Source: a virus
Lineage: Duplodnaviria > Caudoviricetes
Virus record (IMG/VR): IMGVR_UViG_3300031760_000002
Span: 112,840 to 176,839 of that record
Direction: 5' to 3' (one strand)
DNA length: 64,000 nt
Shown here: piece after piece, positions 1-8,789 of the stretch
Numbering within the stretch: the stretch's first letter is position 1
How the letters are laid out: each line of letters opens with the position of its first letter
Made by a program: the position numbers and the translations under genes
Notes under the pieces: generated by a model
The model's database searches: none
The model's input: only the letters and a program-made list of their open reading frames with translations
Told to the model about the DNA's origin: nothing

Positions 1-1
1 C

Positions 2-3000
2 ATCGTCCCTCTTCTGGCCGCGGAACGTGGTTATGCCCCTCGACGCCTCCTCGATCCTCTTGTCGACGTCTATCTTGGACAGCGCGTCCTTCAAAGCCTG
101 GCCGCCGGTCTTGCCGTCGAGCTTCTCACGACCGGACAGTATGTCCTCCATCCTTGACGTGGTCAGGCCGAGCACCCTCCTGACAGGCTCCTCCATTATC
201 GGGTTCGGAACAGGTTCCGGAAGCTCTATCATGGACCATTGGTTTCCGGCCATACCGCCGGTCTTGCCAAGATCGAACAAGCCTCCCTTTACCGGCTCGA
301 AGTCGGAATCAACCATGTCGGAGGACGATATGACACGTCCTCCGGCCATCTTCTCGACATCCTTGTCGGTCTGCGGCATTATCCGGGTTATCGACCCTTT
401 TTCAGTGACATTTATGCCGCCAGCCCTCAACGTGTTCAGGAACTTGTTGTATATGAACGGCACATCGGGCTCCGGCGTCGGAAGCCCCAGCTGCAGCGCC
501 CTCCAATAATCGTCGTTCCTGGTGCCGCGTATGATCTGGGTGTCTTTTATCACCTCCGGCACGTTGTGCGCAAGCATTCCCCACAAGTCCATGCCCGAGC
601 TCTTCTTGGCGCCCTCAAAGCCTCCCTTCGCCGGCTGTTCGTCCTGCGTATAGGCGCCGTCTGCCCCTCGGGCCGACGCCTTCTTCTCGGACAGGTGGTG
701 GAACGCATGCATGTAGATCCATCCGTCGCCGACGTTCTTGATTGTCTTCCCGGACACGGGATCGAACACGTCTGCTGACTCCTTGACACCGGCTTTGTCC
801 ATCTGCGCCTTCGTCCACCTGTACCACCCTTCCGGCGGAGGAAGCTGGGGGATCCGTATCTGCTTTCCGGTGGCCTTCGCCACCTTTCCGAGGGAAATCT
901 CCATGAGCTGGTTTGGCGCCGTCCTCGACAGGAATCCCATCGGGTTGACGAGGACGTCGTACGGTTCGTTCGTGACGGCGTCCCTCGGCATCTTGTCCAT
1001 CGGTATGATGGTGCCGACCACCCCCTTCAGACCGGAGAACGGAGACAGCTTGTCGCCCACCCTAACGGGGGGCTGCGCATGCACGTTCACCTTCGCTCCA
1101 GACGACGTCTTGACAGCGTCGACGACCGTGCCCTCGTAGTCATGCTCCCAGGTCTCCGACCTGTCGGTATAAGAATTGCGAAGCGCCTTGGACAGCTTTC
1201 CAAGCGCCTTGTCGGACGATGTGAGTACCTTTGGCCCGAGCGACAACACGATAGGATCGCCCCTGTGCAGCACGGTCCCCGGCTTGACGATTCCGTTTTC
1301 GTCCAAGGTTGCTATCTGGTCCTTGGTGAACTTTGACGGGAACGCTGATATGTACCTGTTCCTGCCGAGCTGCACTCCGTTCCTGGCCTCGTGGTCGAAA
1401 CTGTACAGCCTGTCCGTGGCGAGCTTCTTCGCCGCGTCCTCGCTGATCGTCCACGCGTCCTCGTAGCTCATGCCGTTCCACGGAAGTATGGCGGCCCTGA
1501 GGTTTTGGCCCATATTCAGTGCCCCGGTCTTCGCGTCCGTGTAGTTGGAATGCGCTATCATGTCGCCGGGCTTCACGCTTTGCCCCTCCTTGACGGACGG
1601 GAAATAGCTTATTGCGGACAGCCTGTTGAACGGTACGTTCTTGGTAAGCTCGACCTTGACGGTCTTGCCGTCGTCGCCCTTGATCGTAACCGTATCGTCG
1701 TCAACCTTCGTGACAACTCCGGAAACGTCGGACTTTAGCGTACCGATTTTCCTGCCGTAGTATTCGGACCACGTCGTCTTTCCGTCAGGCATCAGCGAGT
1801 CGACCAACGGAACCTCTCCGTTCTTCTGCGGAAGGTACTGCGACCAGAACTTCGACCCGTAGAACTGCCTCGTGGACTGGACTCCGGTCGGCATGATGTT
1901 CATGTTCGTGTTCGAGGTTATCATATGGCCGTACGACGGAACGGTGTACCGCACCTCGCTTCGCTTCACCCTCTGCGGTATGCCGTCCTTCATCGCAATG
2001 ACGTACGGCTTTGTCATGTCCTGCCCCGGAAAGGCCACAAGCCCGTCCGACGCAGTCGCTATGTCGACGTATGTAAGCTTCCCGGTTCTGTTGTCTATGA
2101 ACTCGCCGTACAGCTTGTTGTCCTTGCCAAGGAACGTGTTGTAAGCGGCACGGACGTCTACACCCACTTTTTCCGACTCGGGACCCGAGTTCATGTCGAC
2201 GAACCCCAAGTAGTCCCCCTGGACGTCGCGCGCCTCCATCGTGACCGCCTCCGGAGACCCTATGCCTCCCAGTCCGAACTTGGATATCCTGGACATCTGC
2301 TCCAACGTGGAAAGCGGGTTCGCCTCCTCGCCGGGCATGGCGAGCCCAGATCCGTTTATGATCGTATCGACCCACGGGTTAAGGGCGTTCCTCTGGATGG
2401 ATTTAAGATTTCCGTTCCTCCTGGCCTTGTACAGAAGCGTATTGGCCAGGCGTCCGGCGTTCTTCTCGATGCGTTCCTTGAAATAGTCCTCGACGCCGTA
2501 GAACTTGGAAAACCTGGGGCTGTCCCTGTTGTCGGCCTTCTCATCGCCCCTGGAGACGTTCAGAAGCTTCTGCGAGGCCCTGAGGAGGAGCTCCGGCGTA
2601 ACATGGTCGACGCCACGGAGGCCCATGGTCCTCTCGACGACCTCCGGATCCACCTCGTATCCGGCGATGGCGTCGCGAACGAACTGGATCTTGTCATCCT
2701 GCGTGGCGGCCGGATTCGACTTGTACCCGGCCATCCTGGAATAAAGCTTGTTCCACGCCTGAGGGTCCGCCTTTGCGGAGTTTGCCGCGGCAACGTCCGC
2801 GCCCCAGTATTTGACAATGCTCTTGTCGTCTACCCCAAGCCCGCGCAAAACCTGGTACAGCGGTATCTGCCCCTGTCCGGTCTGCAGCGACATGACGCCG
2901 GTCTCCGGGTTCAGCCCGAAATGGAACGCGTGCCCTGTGCCCGGCCTGATGTTGAACTGCGCCTCGTATTCGCCGTTGGACTTCCGCCTTGCATAGACGC

Positions 3001-3370
3001 CAGGACGAAGCCTTGACTGCGAAATGACCGTGTACTCGGACCCGTTGTTTATAATCGTTCCGCGGTCGGTCCAGTACGGAACCTGCATGACGGAATCCTT
3101 GCGCTGGTCCAGCACCTTCCCGGTCTTCTTGTCGGTGAGCCTCCAGGTGCCGACCAGGTTTGTCCTTAGATTCCTGTTCCTCAGGATGGCGTCCTTCTGC
3201 TGCTTCAGCGTGAACTCCTGCGGACCGTCGTATGCGATGTCCACAAGCTCCAGCCTGTAGTTGTCGTCCTCGACTGGAAAACGCTTCTGCATCGCGGAAA
3301 GAACATTGTCGTAAATGTTCCTTCTGGCCGATTTTGCATCGTCGAACGCCCTGAGACCGTCTGGAATCAT
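2..3370 (-). CDS. rpoBC: Phage multisubunit DNA-directed RNA polymerase, beta subunit fused in frame to the beta-prime N-terminus (runs off the left edge)
   Basis: Absent from the ORF track because it has no stop in the window. ATG at 3370 overlaps the upstream TAA. Manual translation gives RpoB motifs in order: VPYWTDRGTIINNGSEYTVISQSRLRPG, KLGLGGIG..EARDVQGDYLGFVD, GQNLRAAILPWNGMSYEDA, VGDKLSPFSGLKGVV, DVLVNPMGFLSR, YMHAFHHLSEKKASAR, QPAKGG, FLNTLRAGGINV. RpoC-like FEPVKGGLFD..WSMIELPEPVPNP follows. Frame checked at 3370, ~2230, ~1040, ~400 and ~10. Confidence 0.93.
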   Translation of the reverse strand, partial: MIPDGLRAFDDAKSARRNIYDNVLSAMQKRFPVEDDNYRLELVDIAYDGPQEFTLKQQKDAILRNRNLRTNLVGTWRLTDKKTGKVLDQRKDSVMQVPYWTDRGTIINNGSEYTVISQSRLRPGVYARRKSNGEYEAQFNIRPGTGHAFHFGLNPETGVMSLQTGQGQIPLYQVLRGLGVDDKSIVKYWGADVAAANSAKADPQAWNKLYSRMAGYKSNPAATQDDKIQFVRDAIAGYEVDPEVVERTMGLRGVDHVTPELLLRASQKLLNVSRGDEKADNRDSPRFSKFYGVEDYFKERIEKNAGRLANTLLYKARRNGNLKSIQRNALNPWVDTIINGSGLAMPGEEANPLSTLEQMSRISKFGLGGIGSPEAVTMEARDVQGDYLGFVDMNSGPESEKVGVDVRAAYNTFLGKDNKLYGEFIDNRTGKLTYVDIATASDGLVAFPGQDMTKPYVIAMKDGIPQRVKRSEVRYTVPSYGHMITSNTNMNIMPTGVQSTRQFYGSKFWSQYLPQKNGEVPLVDSLMPDGKTTWSEYYGRKIGTLKSDVSGVVTKVDDDTVTIKGDDGKTVKVELTKNVPFNRLSAISYFPSVKEGQSVKPGDMIAHSNYTDAKTGALNMGQNLRAAILPWNGMSYEDAWTISEDAAKKLATDRLYSFDHEARNGVQLGRNRYISAFPSKFTKDQIATLDENGIVKPGTVLHRGDPIVLSLGPKVLTSSDKALGKLSKALRNSYTDRSETWEHDYEGTVVDAVKTSSGAKVNVHAQPPVRVGDKLSPFSGLKGVVGTIIPMDKMPRDAVTNEPYDVLVNPMGFLSRTAPNQLMEISLGKVAKATGKQIRIPQLPPPEGWYRWTKAQMDKAGVKESADVFDPVSGKTIKNVGDGWIYMHAFHHLSEKKASARGADGAYTQDEQPAKGGFEGAKKSSGMDLWGMLAHNVPEVIKDTQIIRGTRNDDYWRALQLGLPTPEPDVPFIYNKFLNTLRAGGINVTEKGSITRIMPQTDKDVEKMAGGRVISSSDMVDSDFEPVKGGLFDLGKTGGMAGNQWSMIELPEPVPNPIMEEPVRRVLGLTTSRMEDILSGREKLDGKTGGQALKDALSKIDVDKRIEEASRGITTFRGQKRDD

Positions 3371-4098
3371 TACATGTTCCTCTGGTAGGATCCCGTCTGG
3401 TAGTTCCAGCCATACCTAGGCATGGCCTCCATATACTGTCTTTTCTCGGCGTAGCTTCCTGGCGCGGCCTTTGCATCCGGGTTGAACTGCTGCTGCTGTC
3501 TATAATCGTACAGCTGGCCTCGGAGATAATTGCCGCGTTCGGCCGGAGAAAGCCTGTCCCAGTCGCTCCTGCCCATGTACGCCTCGAGATTGTTGAAATT
3601 GGCATCGTTGTACGCTGCCCGCATTCCCGCCCTGGTAAGGACCGTCTTGCCGACCGGAAGTCCCGTTGCGGCTTGAAGACCGAACCTGCCGGCCCCGTAT
3701 ACCGCCCTTCCGAACCGTGTCGCGTTCAATGCATTTTTGGCGGCGATCGCATTTTTTCCGACCCTGGTCGCCGCCAACGCGCCCTTGGTTCCGGCCAGCG
3801 CACTCCTTATCGCCGTTCCGCCTATTCCGAAAGACAGCAGATCGGCTATGCCGCTTCCTATGCCAAGGCCAAGATTGCCGAGGCCGGACCATATATGCCC
3901 GTTTGCAAGAGACTTTATGCCATCGCCTATAGACAACGCAGAACCGAGTATCGGGGTTGCGTACATTGCGGTCTGGCCGAGTGCGCCTCCAAGACTCTTT
4001 GCTGCCGGAAGAACGGTATCGGCCTCCTTTCGGAGACCGGCCGTCTTCACGATGTAAGAGTCTATCTTTCTTTCAAGCGCGCATGTATTCACCGTCAA
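3370..4098 (-). CDS. Gly/Ala-rich putative virion internal protein with K-x-A motifs
   Basis: 242 aa; N-terminal VKTA and RKEA followed by glycine-zipper-like hydrophobic segments; coupled to both neighbours. Confidence 0.7.
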   Translation of the reverse strand: MTVNTCALERKIDSYIVKTAGLRKEADTVLPAAKSLGGALGQTAMYATPILGSALSIGDGIKSLANGHIWSGLGNLGLGIGSGIADLLSFGIGGTAIRSALAGTKGALAATRVGKNAIAAKNALNATRFGRAVYGAGRFGLQAATGLPVGKTVLTRAGMRAAYNDANFNNLEAYMGRSDWDRLSPAERGNYLRGQLYDYRQQQQFNPDAKAAPGSYAEKRQYMEAMPRYGWNYQTGSYQRNM

Positions 4099-5009
4099 CC
4101 CCCGTTTTCAGAAAGATACTCGTTAAGGGCCTGCCGCATAAGATCCCCCCTCTGCTGCGGCGTCATGGAATTCCAGTCGCCATGGCCTTGCGCCGACTTC
4201 GCGTCATTGGTGATCTTTTCGAAGTTGTTCGGATCGACCTTTTCCGGAATTATATACGGCGATGCAATGGACGCGGCCATATCGGCAGCTATAAGCTTTC
4301 CGCTGTTCCTGGCGGCCCAGCCTATCGGCCCTCCCATGGTCCTCGCACGTTCAAACGGACGTACGACGCCGTTGAACACGCCGCCCGGGAAATGGCGGAG
4401 GAACGGCGTGAACAACGCCGCCCTGCCGAAGTTTACGGCGGCACTTCCGTAATTTCCCTCTCGAATGTTGTCTATGCCCTCCCCGACATCGCCGGCTATG
4501 AACACCGGATCGGCCATGGCCAGGGCCTTGGTACCATACCTCTTCAGCATGGACGCGGATGCAAGCGATCTGTTTCCGAACGCCTGCTGAACGTCCCTCA
4601 ACGTCGAAAGGTTCCTCTCTGCTACGGCGCGATCAGCTCCAGAAAGGCCGCGTGCCCTGCGCTCTCCGGCCTCTATGGCCTTTTCGACCATGTCCTGGCG
4701 ACTCCTGTTGAGGTACGCCGTTTCACCGCCCTTAAGTTCCTTCCTAAGGCCCTTCAGCTCTGAAAACCGGCCTTGATCCATCCTTGGGCCGGCGGACGCG
4801 AACTCGTGCTCAAGCTCCGCAAGCCTCCTGGATTTCATGGCAGCGTCGGCCCTGCTGGCCCTGAACTGGGACGCGAGCTCGGGACTTTCCCTCAGGGCCG
4901 CGCGTATCTTCGACGCATTGGCACTGGACCTCGACAGCCTTCCAGACCTCGAGAAGATCTTCAATATCCTTGAGCCAAGGGACGAAAATGGCAATGCTTC
5001 CTTATACAT
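4095..5009 (-). CDS. Putative virion internal protein (begins MYKEA)
   Basis: 304 aa helical, Ala/Gly/Arg-rich protein; overlaps neighbours. Confidence 0.7.
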   Translation of the reverse strand: MYKEALPFSSLGSRILKIFSRSGRLSRSSANASKIRAALRESPELASQFRASRADAAMKSRRLAELEHEFASAGPRMDQGRFSELKGLRKELKGGETAYLNRSRQDMVEKAIEAGERRARGLSGADRAVAERNLSTLRDVQQAFGNRSLASASMLKRYGTKALAMADPVFIAGDVGEGIDNIREGNYGSAAVNFGRAALFTPFLRHFPGGVFNGVVRPFERARTMGGPIGWAARNSGKLIAADMAASIASPYIIPEKVDPNNFEKITNDAKSAQGHGDWNSMTPQQRGDLMRQALNEYLSENGG

Positions 5010-6723
5010 TTGCGGCCTCTAACGCCTTTGCCAGGCGATCCCTGTACTCTTCCGGTATGACGCCGTCCAGATCTTCGTCGAATTCCACAACAACCTTTTT
5101 GTCTTCCTGCGGCTTGCCCTTTCTCCTTGGCATATCTTCCTTGATCCGGTTTATGGCGTCTATGACTTCCTTGTTGGAATTGTCCTTCACCGTTTTCAGC
5201 CTGGAGGACAGGGCCAGCAGGTCGTTCAACGACGCCGTCTTCTGTACGCCGGAACCGGGAAACGCGGACCCGTCAAGCCTGGTCCAGCCGCCTTTGGAAA
5301 AATCGTATCTTGACAGCATGTCGTTTATCGCCTCCGGGCTTACGCCAAGTTCGCTAAGCATGCTGCCAGCTACCCTTTTCCTTCCGGATGCCGTGTTATT
5401 GGCGTACCACCCGACGATTCGCTTGACTAGAGGTCCTATCAACGGAATGGACGCAAGGGTGGAAAGAAACCCGCTGCCGTTGTGCAGGCCGGCTATCCGC
5501 TCGTCCGCCTTCATCCTGACGAGATCCCTGTTGCGCTCCTGCCCAAGAAGCTCGAACCATTCCTCCGGATTGTTGCGCGCGAGCTGCATGACATGCGACT
5601 TTACAGCGTCCTGGTACATCTCGGGGTTCTTCTGGTACGCGTGCAGGGACGGCCCGTACTTGAACAGGGTCGACATGGGCATCGAAAAATCGCTGTCGTC
5701 CCTCTTCAGGCCCTGTGTCTTCGCATATTGGTCCAGGATGTACTGCTTTCCGCCCTTCGCGTTCGCGATATCGTTCAGGAACCCGTAGTCTATGTCGCTA
5801 CCGGCCATCTTGCTCATCGGAAGCGAGTCCGCTATGCAGTCGCGAAGTATTCCGACCGTGGCCAGCATCTGCTCCGGCTCGATTTCGCGTTCGAACGACC
5901 CGGACTTGAACAGGATCCTCGTCTTCTGCTCCGGCTCCTCCTCCTTCTTGGAGAAACGCTCCTCCAGCAGCTTCTTGACGATGTAGGCCGCGCCGCCCGT
6001 GGCCAGTATGTACGAGGCAAGGGCCGCACCGCCTATGTTCCTCGTCGTCCTTGAAATACCGCCAGGAAGGGACACTATGTCCGTGATTACGCCAGCGGAC
6101 TTCTCGAACTCCTCCACCGAATCGTCCCCGAACATGAAAAGATCGGAAAACGCCTCCGCCGCCTTCAGCCTTCCGCCGCTGAGAAGCTGCACGTATTCGC
6201 GCTGCGCCGCGTCGACCTGCTTCTTCAGCCTCTTCTGCTCGAGTTTTTCGGCTATTTTCGATACGACGACGTACCCGGCGACACCGCCTCCGATGGCGGA
6301 CAGTATGTTGCCCGCCTGGTCCATCGGGCCCGACAGGAACGCCCTTTTCTCGGAGCCCATCGTGGAGTCAAGGCTCGTGTACTGGCCGTTCGTCTTCCTG
6401 GGCTGCCCGAACACCGGCCAGATCTCGCCGTCGACGGAGGATTCAACCTTGCATACCTTGTCGTGGCTGTCGCAGGATTCCTGGCAGGATCCGTCCTCGG
6501 CCGTCTTCCTGTTCTTGCCGATCGTGAGAACGATCGTATTCGGACCGATCTTGTCCGATACGCGCTCCTCCTCCTTCTTCTTCTGCCTCCTGGCTTCCGC
6601 AACCTGCCTTATCAGCGCAACCAGGGCAGCCGCACCGGCGCCTACCGCAAACGCGTCGGCACCATGGTACAGCATGCTCCCCATGTTCTGGCCCTCTTTA
6701 CGCATTGTCGCCATCCTTTCCAT
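5002..6723 (-). CDS. Large putative virion internal/ejection protein with multiple K-x-A motifs and hydrophobic Gly-rich helices
   Basis: 573 aa; RKTA, EKRA, LKAA, EKSA, SKMA and QKTA spaced through the chain; at least three hydrophobic Gly/Ala segments. Confidence 0.75.
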   Translation of the reverse strand: MERMATMRKEGQNMGSMLYHGADAFAVGAGAAALVALIRQVAEARRQKKKEEERVSDKIGPNTIVLTIGKNRKTAEDGSCQESCDSHDKVCKVESSVDGEIWPVFGQPRKTNGQYTSLDSTMGSEKRAFLSGPMDQAGNILSAIGGGVAGYVVVSKIAEKLEQKRLKKQVDAAQREYVQLLSGGRLKAAEAFSDLFMFGDDSVEEFEKSAGVITDIVSLPGGISRTTRNIGGAALASYILATGGAAYIVKKLLEERFSKKEEEPEQKTRILFKSGSFEREIEPEQMLATVGILRDCIADSLPMSKMAGSDIDYGFLNDIANAKGGKQYILDQYAKTQGLKRDDSDFSMPMSTLFKYGPSLHAYQKNPEMYQDAVKSHVMQLARNNPEEWFELLGQERNRDLVRMKADERIAGLHNGSGFLSTLASIPLIGPLVKRIVGWYANNTASGRKRVAGSMLSELGVSPEAINDMLSRYDFSKGGWTRLDGSAFPGSGVQKTASLNDLLALSSRLKTVKDNSNKEVIDAINRIKEDMPRRKGKPQEDKKVVVEFDEDLDGVIPEEYRDRLAKALEAANV

Positions 6724-7078
6724 ACGAATTAGGCACCTTGGTGGTCGTCGACTTCTCGTTCTTCCTGAAATAGAACCACTCCATGTACCTCTTCCATGTA
6801 TCGCCCATTACCTGAAGGTCGTTCCTGCATATGACACACTGCGACGCCTGCACCTTCTTGAAAAGCTCCTGCATCAGCTTCATGTACTCGAGCCTGTCAG
6901 ACGACGAGGACATGTCGAATATGGCCACCTTGTAGTCCGTGACCTCGATGGGATACTTGTCGTACTTGGCCATTTCGACGCCGCGTTCTATCTCGTTCAT
7001 CGGCGGAAACATGCCCGCAACGCCGCCGGACGACATATCGTACCACGGCGGCATGGCGTTCTGGATCGGATTCGTCAT
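6698..7078 (-). CDS. Hypothetical protein
   Basis: 126 aa ORF in the operon with natural composition. Confidence 0.7.
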   Translation of the reverse strand: MTNPIQNAMPPWYDMSSGGVAGMFPPMNEIERGVEMAKYDKYPIEVTDYKVAIFDMSSSSDRLEYMKLMQELFKKVQASQCVICRNDLQVMGDTWKRYMEWFYFRKNEKSTTTKVPNSYGKDGDNA

Positions 7079-7392
7079 CTTACTACCCCCATGGCCCTTG
7101 AACTCTCGGCGGCAACGTCGTTGAAATGGTCAAGCTGCGCCTTCAGCTTCCTGGTCTTCTCCGAATCCTCCTTCAACGACGAGCTCAACGCGTACCATAC
7201 GGCGCCTATCGGAGCCCCTATGAAAACGGCCGTACGAAGCGCCGTTCCCAAAAGGGACAGCGGGCCGGAATCGGCGGCCTCCTTCTGGAAAGTCGTCGGC
7301 GTAAGCCCCTCGGCGGCCAGCTTCTTGATGCCTCCGAGCCTCATTGCCTCCAGCCGTTCGCTTGGAGTAAGGAATTCGTTGATTCTGTACAT
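7075..7392 (-). CDS. Small membrane-helix protein with leader-like N-terminus ending QKEA
   Basis: Start re-called at 7392 (TGATG overlap): MYRINEF...GGIKKLAAEGLTPTTFQKEA, then a hydrophobic helix and coiled coil. Confidence 0.7.
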   Translation of the reverse strand: MYRINEFLTPSERLEAMRLGGIKKLAAEGLTPTTFQKEAADSGPLSLLGTALRTAVFIGAPIGAVWYALSSSLKEDSEKTRKLKAQLDHFNDVAAESSRAMGVVR

Positions 7393-7757
7393 CAGTAACC
7401 TCTCAGTATCAGTCCGGGACCGACCTTCCTGTTGTACGGGTTCGGGTATCGGTCGTTGTACATCTTGTTCCCGTACATGGCGCCTCCGACGGTTGCAACG
7501 CCCCTCCAGAACGGATTCGCCCCCAGGTATTTGGCGGCCTGGTTGCCTATAATGCCGCCTCCAAGGACATAGGGTATCCTGGACGCCGGGGACTTTACGT
7601 CCAGGCCGGCGTTGTTTATCCTGTCGAACGCGGATCTCCGTATGTTCGGATTGGCGTTCAAGTTGGCGTTCCAACTATGCATGAAGTCCCCAACCGTCTG
7701 AACCGGTTGGAGACCCGCGATCTTCAGCAAGCCTGTAAAATCTCGTTTTCCTGTCAT
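7392..7757 (-). CDS. Glycine-zipper protein with LLKIA motif
   Basis: Start re-called at 7757 (TAATG overlap): MTGKRDFTGLLKIA...; two Gly-rich hydrophobic segments. Confidence 0.7.
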   Translation of the reverse strand: MTGKRDFTGLLKIAGLQPVQTVGDFMHSWNANLNANPNIRRSAFDRINNAGLDVKSPASRIPYVLGGGIIGNQAAKYLGANPFWRGVATVGGAMYGNKMYNDRYPNPYNRKVGPGLILRGY

Positions 7758-8230
7758 TAGTCGGTCTTTTTCAAAACTTCCCTGTCCTTGAGGTCCACGG
7801 CTATCCCAAGCCAGTGCTGCAGACCTACGTTGTCTACAAGATACCACTGTTTGGCCGGCGAAGTCAATTCGGGCACGACTACGGTCTCGCCCGGAGAAAC
7901 CAGGTTTATCCGGTCCCCGACGACGAACACGGTTGACTCCGTCCTTCCTCGTCCAATGGACATGCACCCGGACGGAGCAAACGCCGCGGAAGCCGCAAGG
8001 ACGGCGCATATGATGGACCGTCCCTTGGACGAAAGCTCCTTCTCAAGCCTGTCAAGCTGCTTTTTCAATATGGCCACGTCGGTTACCCTCCCTTCCTCCA
8101 ATGCCAGAACCAACCTCTTCTTTGTGTCCTCTATCTGGGACATGATGCGGTCGACCCGGTCCCTCCTCCTGGTGAATATGCCGGATACGAACCTGAGCAG
8201 CTCGGTTAGAAATCCTATCAAAGACGACAT
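7757..8230 (-). CDS. Membrane protein with coiled coil and internal lipobox-like segment (spanin-like?)
   Basis: N-terminal amphipathic helix, coiled coil, then KGRSIICAVLAASAAFAPSG-C. Confidence 0.5.
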   Translation of the reverse strand: MSSLIGFLTELLRFVSGIFTRRRDRVDRIMSQIEDTKKRLVLALEEGRVTDVAILKKQLDRLEKELSSKGRSIICAVLAASAAFAPSGCMSIGRGRTESTVFVVGDRINLVSPGETVVVPELTSPAKQWYLVDNVGLQHWLGIAVDLKDREVLKKTD

Positions 8231-8244
8231 CGAACACCTCCACA

Positions 8245-8739
8245 CTAAATCCCGTACGAAGACGCGCCGTACGATCCGGTCATTCCCCTGAAGAAGCTCG
8301 CAAGGTCTTCGACGCCGGACCCGGACTGGTCCTTCGATTCCGACGGAAGCACGTCGGGGTATTCAACGCGCAGGCCATTGATCAGCTCCACCCGCTGGCT
8401 CAGCATCTCCTTTACCTTGGATACGGGGACTGACCCCTTGGATGCCAGGAACCCGGCGGCCTCCGCCATGGACTGGAACTCCGACTCCGAGCCGTCGGTA
8501 TCGTACACGACGACCTTGGTGCCCGACGCAAGCTTGTCCAGCCCGTCCATCATGCGGCGGAAATCGAACGAAGCCTTCTTCATGTCGGAATGCTTCGTCC
8601 TGGCGAAATGCTCCGCATCCTCGTCCGATATATGCTCGGCGACCTGCCGTATCTTCTTCGGGGCGTGCTTGAGCTTTCCGCGCTTGTACGCGGTTACCAT
8701 TCCGAAAAGGCGCTGCTGCGATGGTGACTTGGCCGGCAT
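8245..8739 (-). CDS. DUF3008-like domain protein
   Basis: MPAKSPSQQRLFGMVTAYKRG...ISDEDAEHFARTKH resembles the DUF3008 pattern; also has MKKAS and LDKLA; GAGG RBS. Confidence 0.65.
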   Translation of the reverse strand: MPAKSPSQQRLFGMVTAYKRGKLKHAPKKIRQVAEHISDEDAEHFARTKHSDMKKASFDFRRMMDGLDKLASGTKVVVYDTDGSESEFQSMAEAAGFLASKGSVPVSKVKEMLSQRVELINGLRVEYPDVLPSESKDQSGSGVEDLASFFRGMTGSYGASSYGI

Positions 8740-8760
8740 TTTGTACCTCTGTTCATGCGC

Positions 8761-8789
8761 ATTATACACAATACGTCACGAAATGTCAT
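8761..8789 (-). promoter_or_regulatory. sigma70-type promoter upstream of the run of genes ending in the RNA polymerase
   Basis: ATGACA-17 nt-TATAAT with extended -10 TG. Confidence 0.65.

Noticed and set aside
2-3370. Host chromosomal rpoBC locus
   Set aside because: Highly divergent motifs, no ribosomal protein neighbours, and flanked by phage-type genes.
2694-3605. 303-aa minus-strand ORF from the track
   Set aside because: Out-of-frame overlap with the RNA polymerase gene and the 3370..4098 gene.
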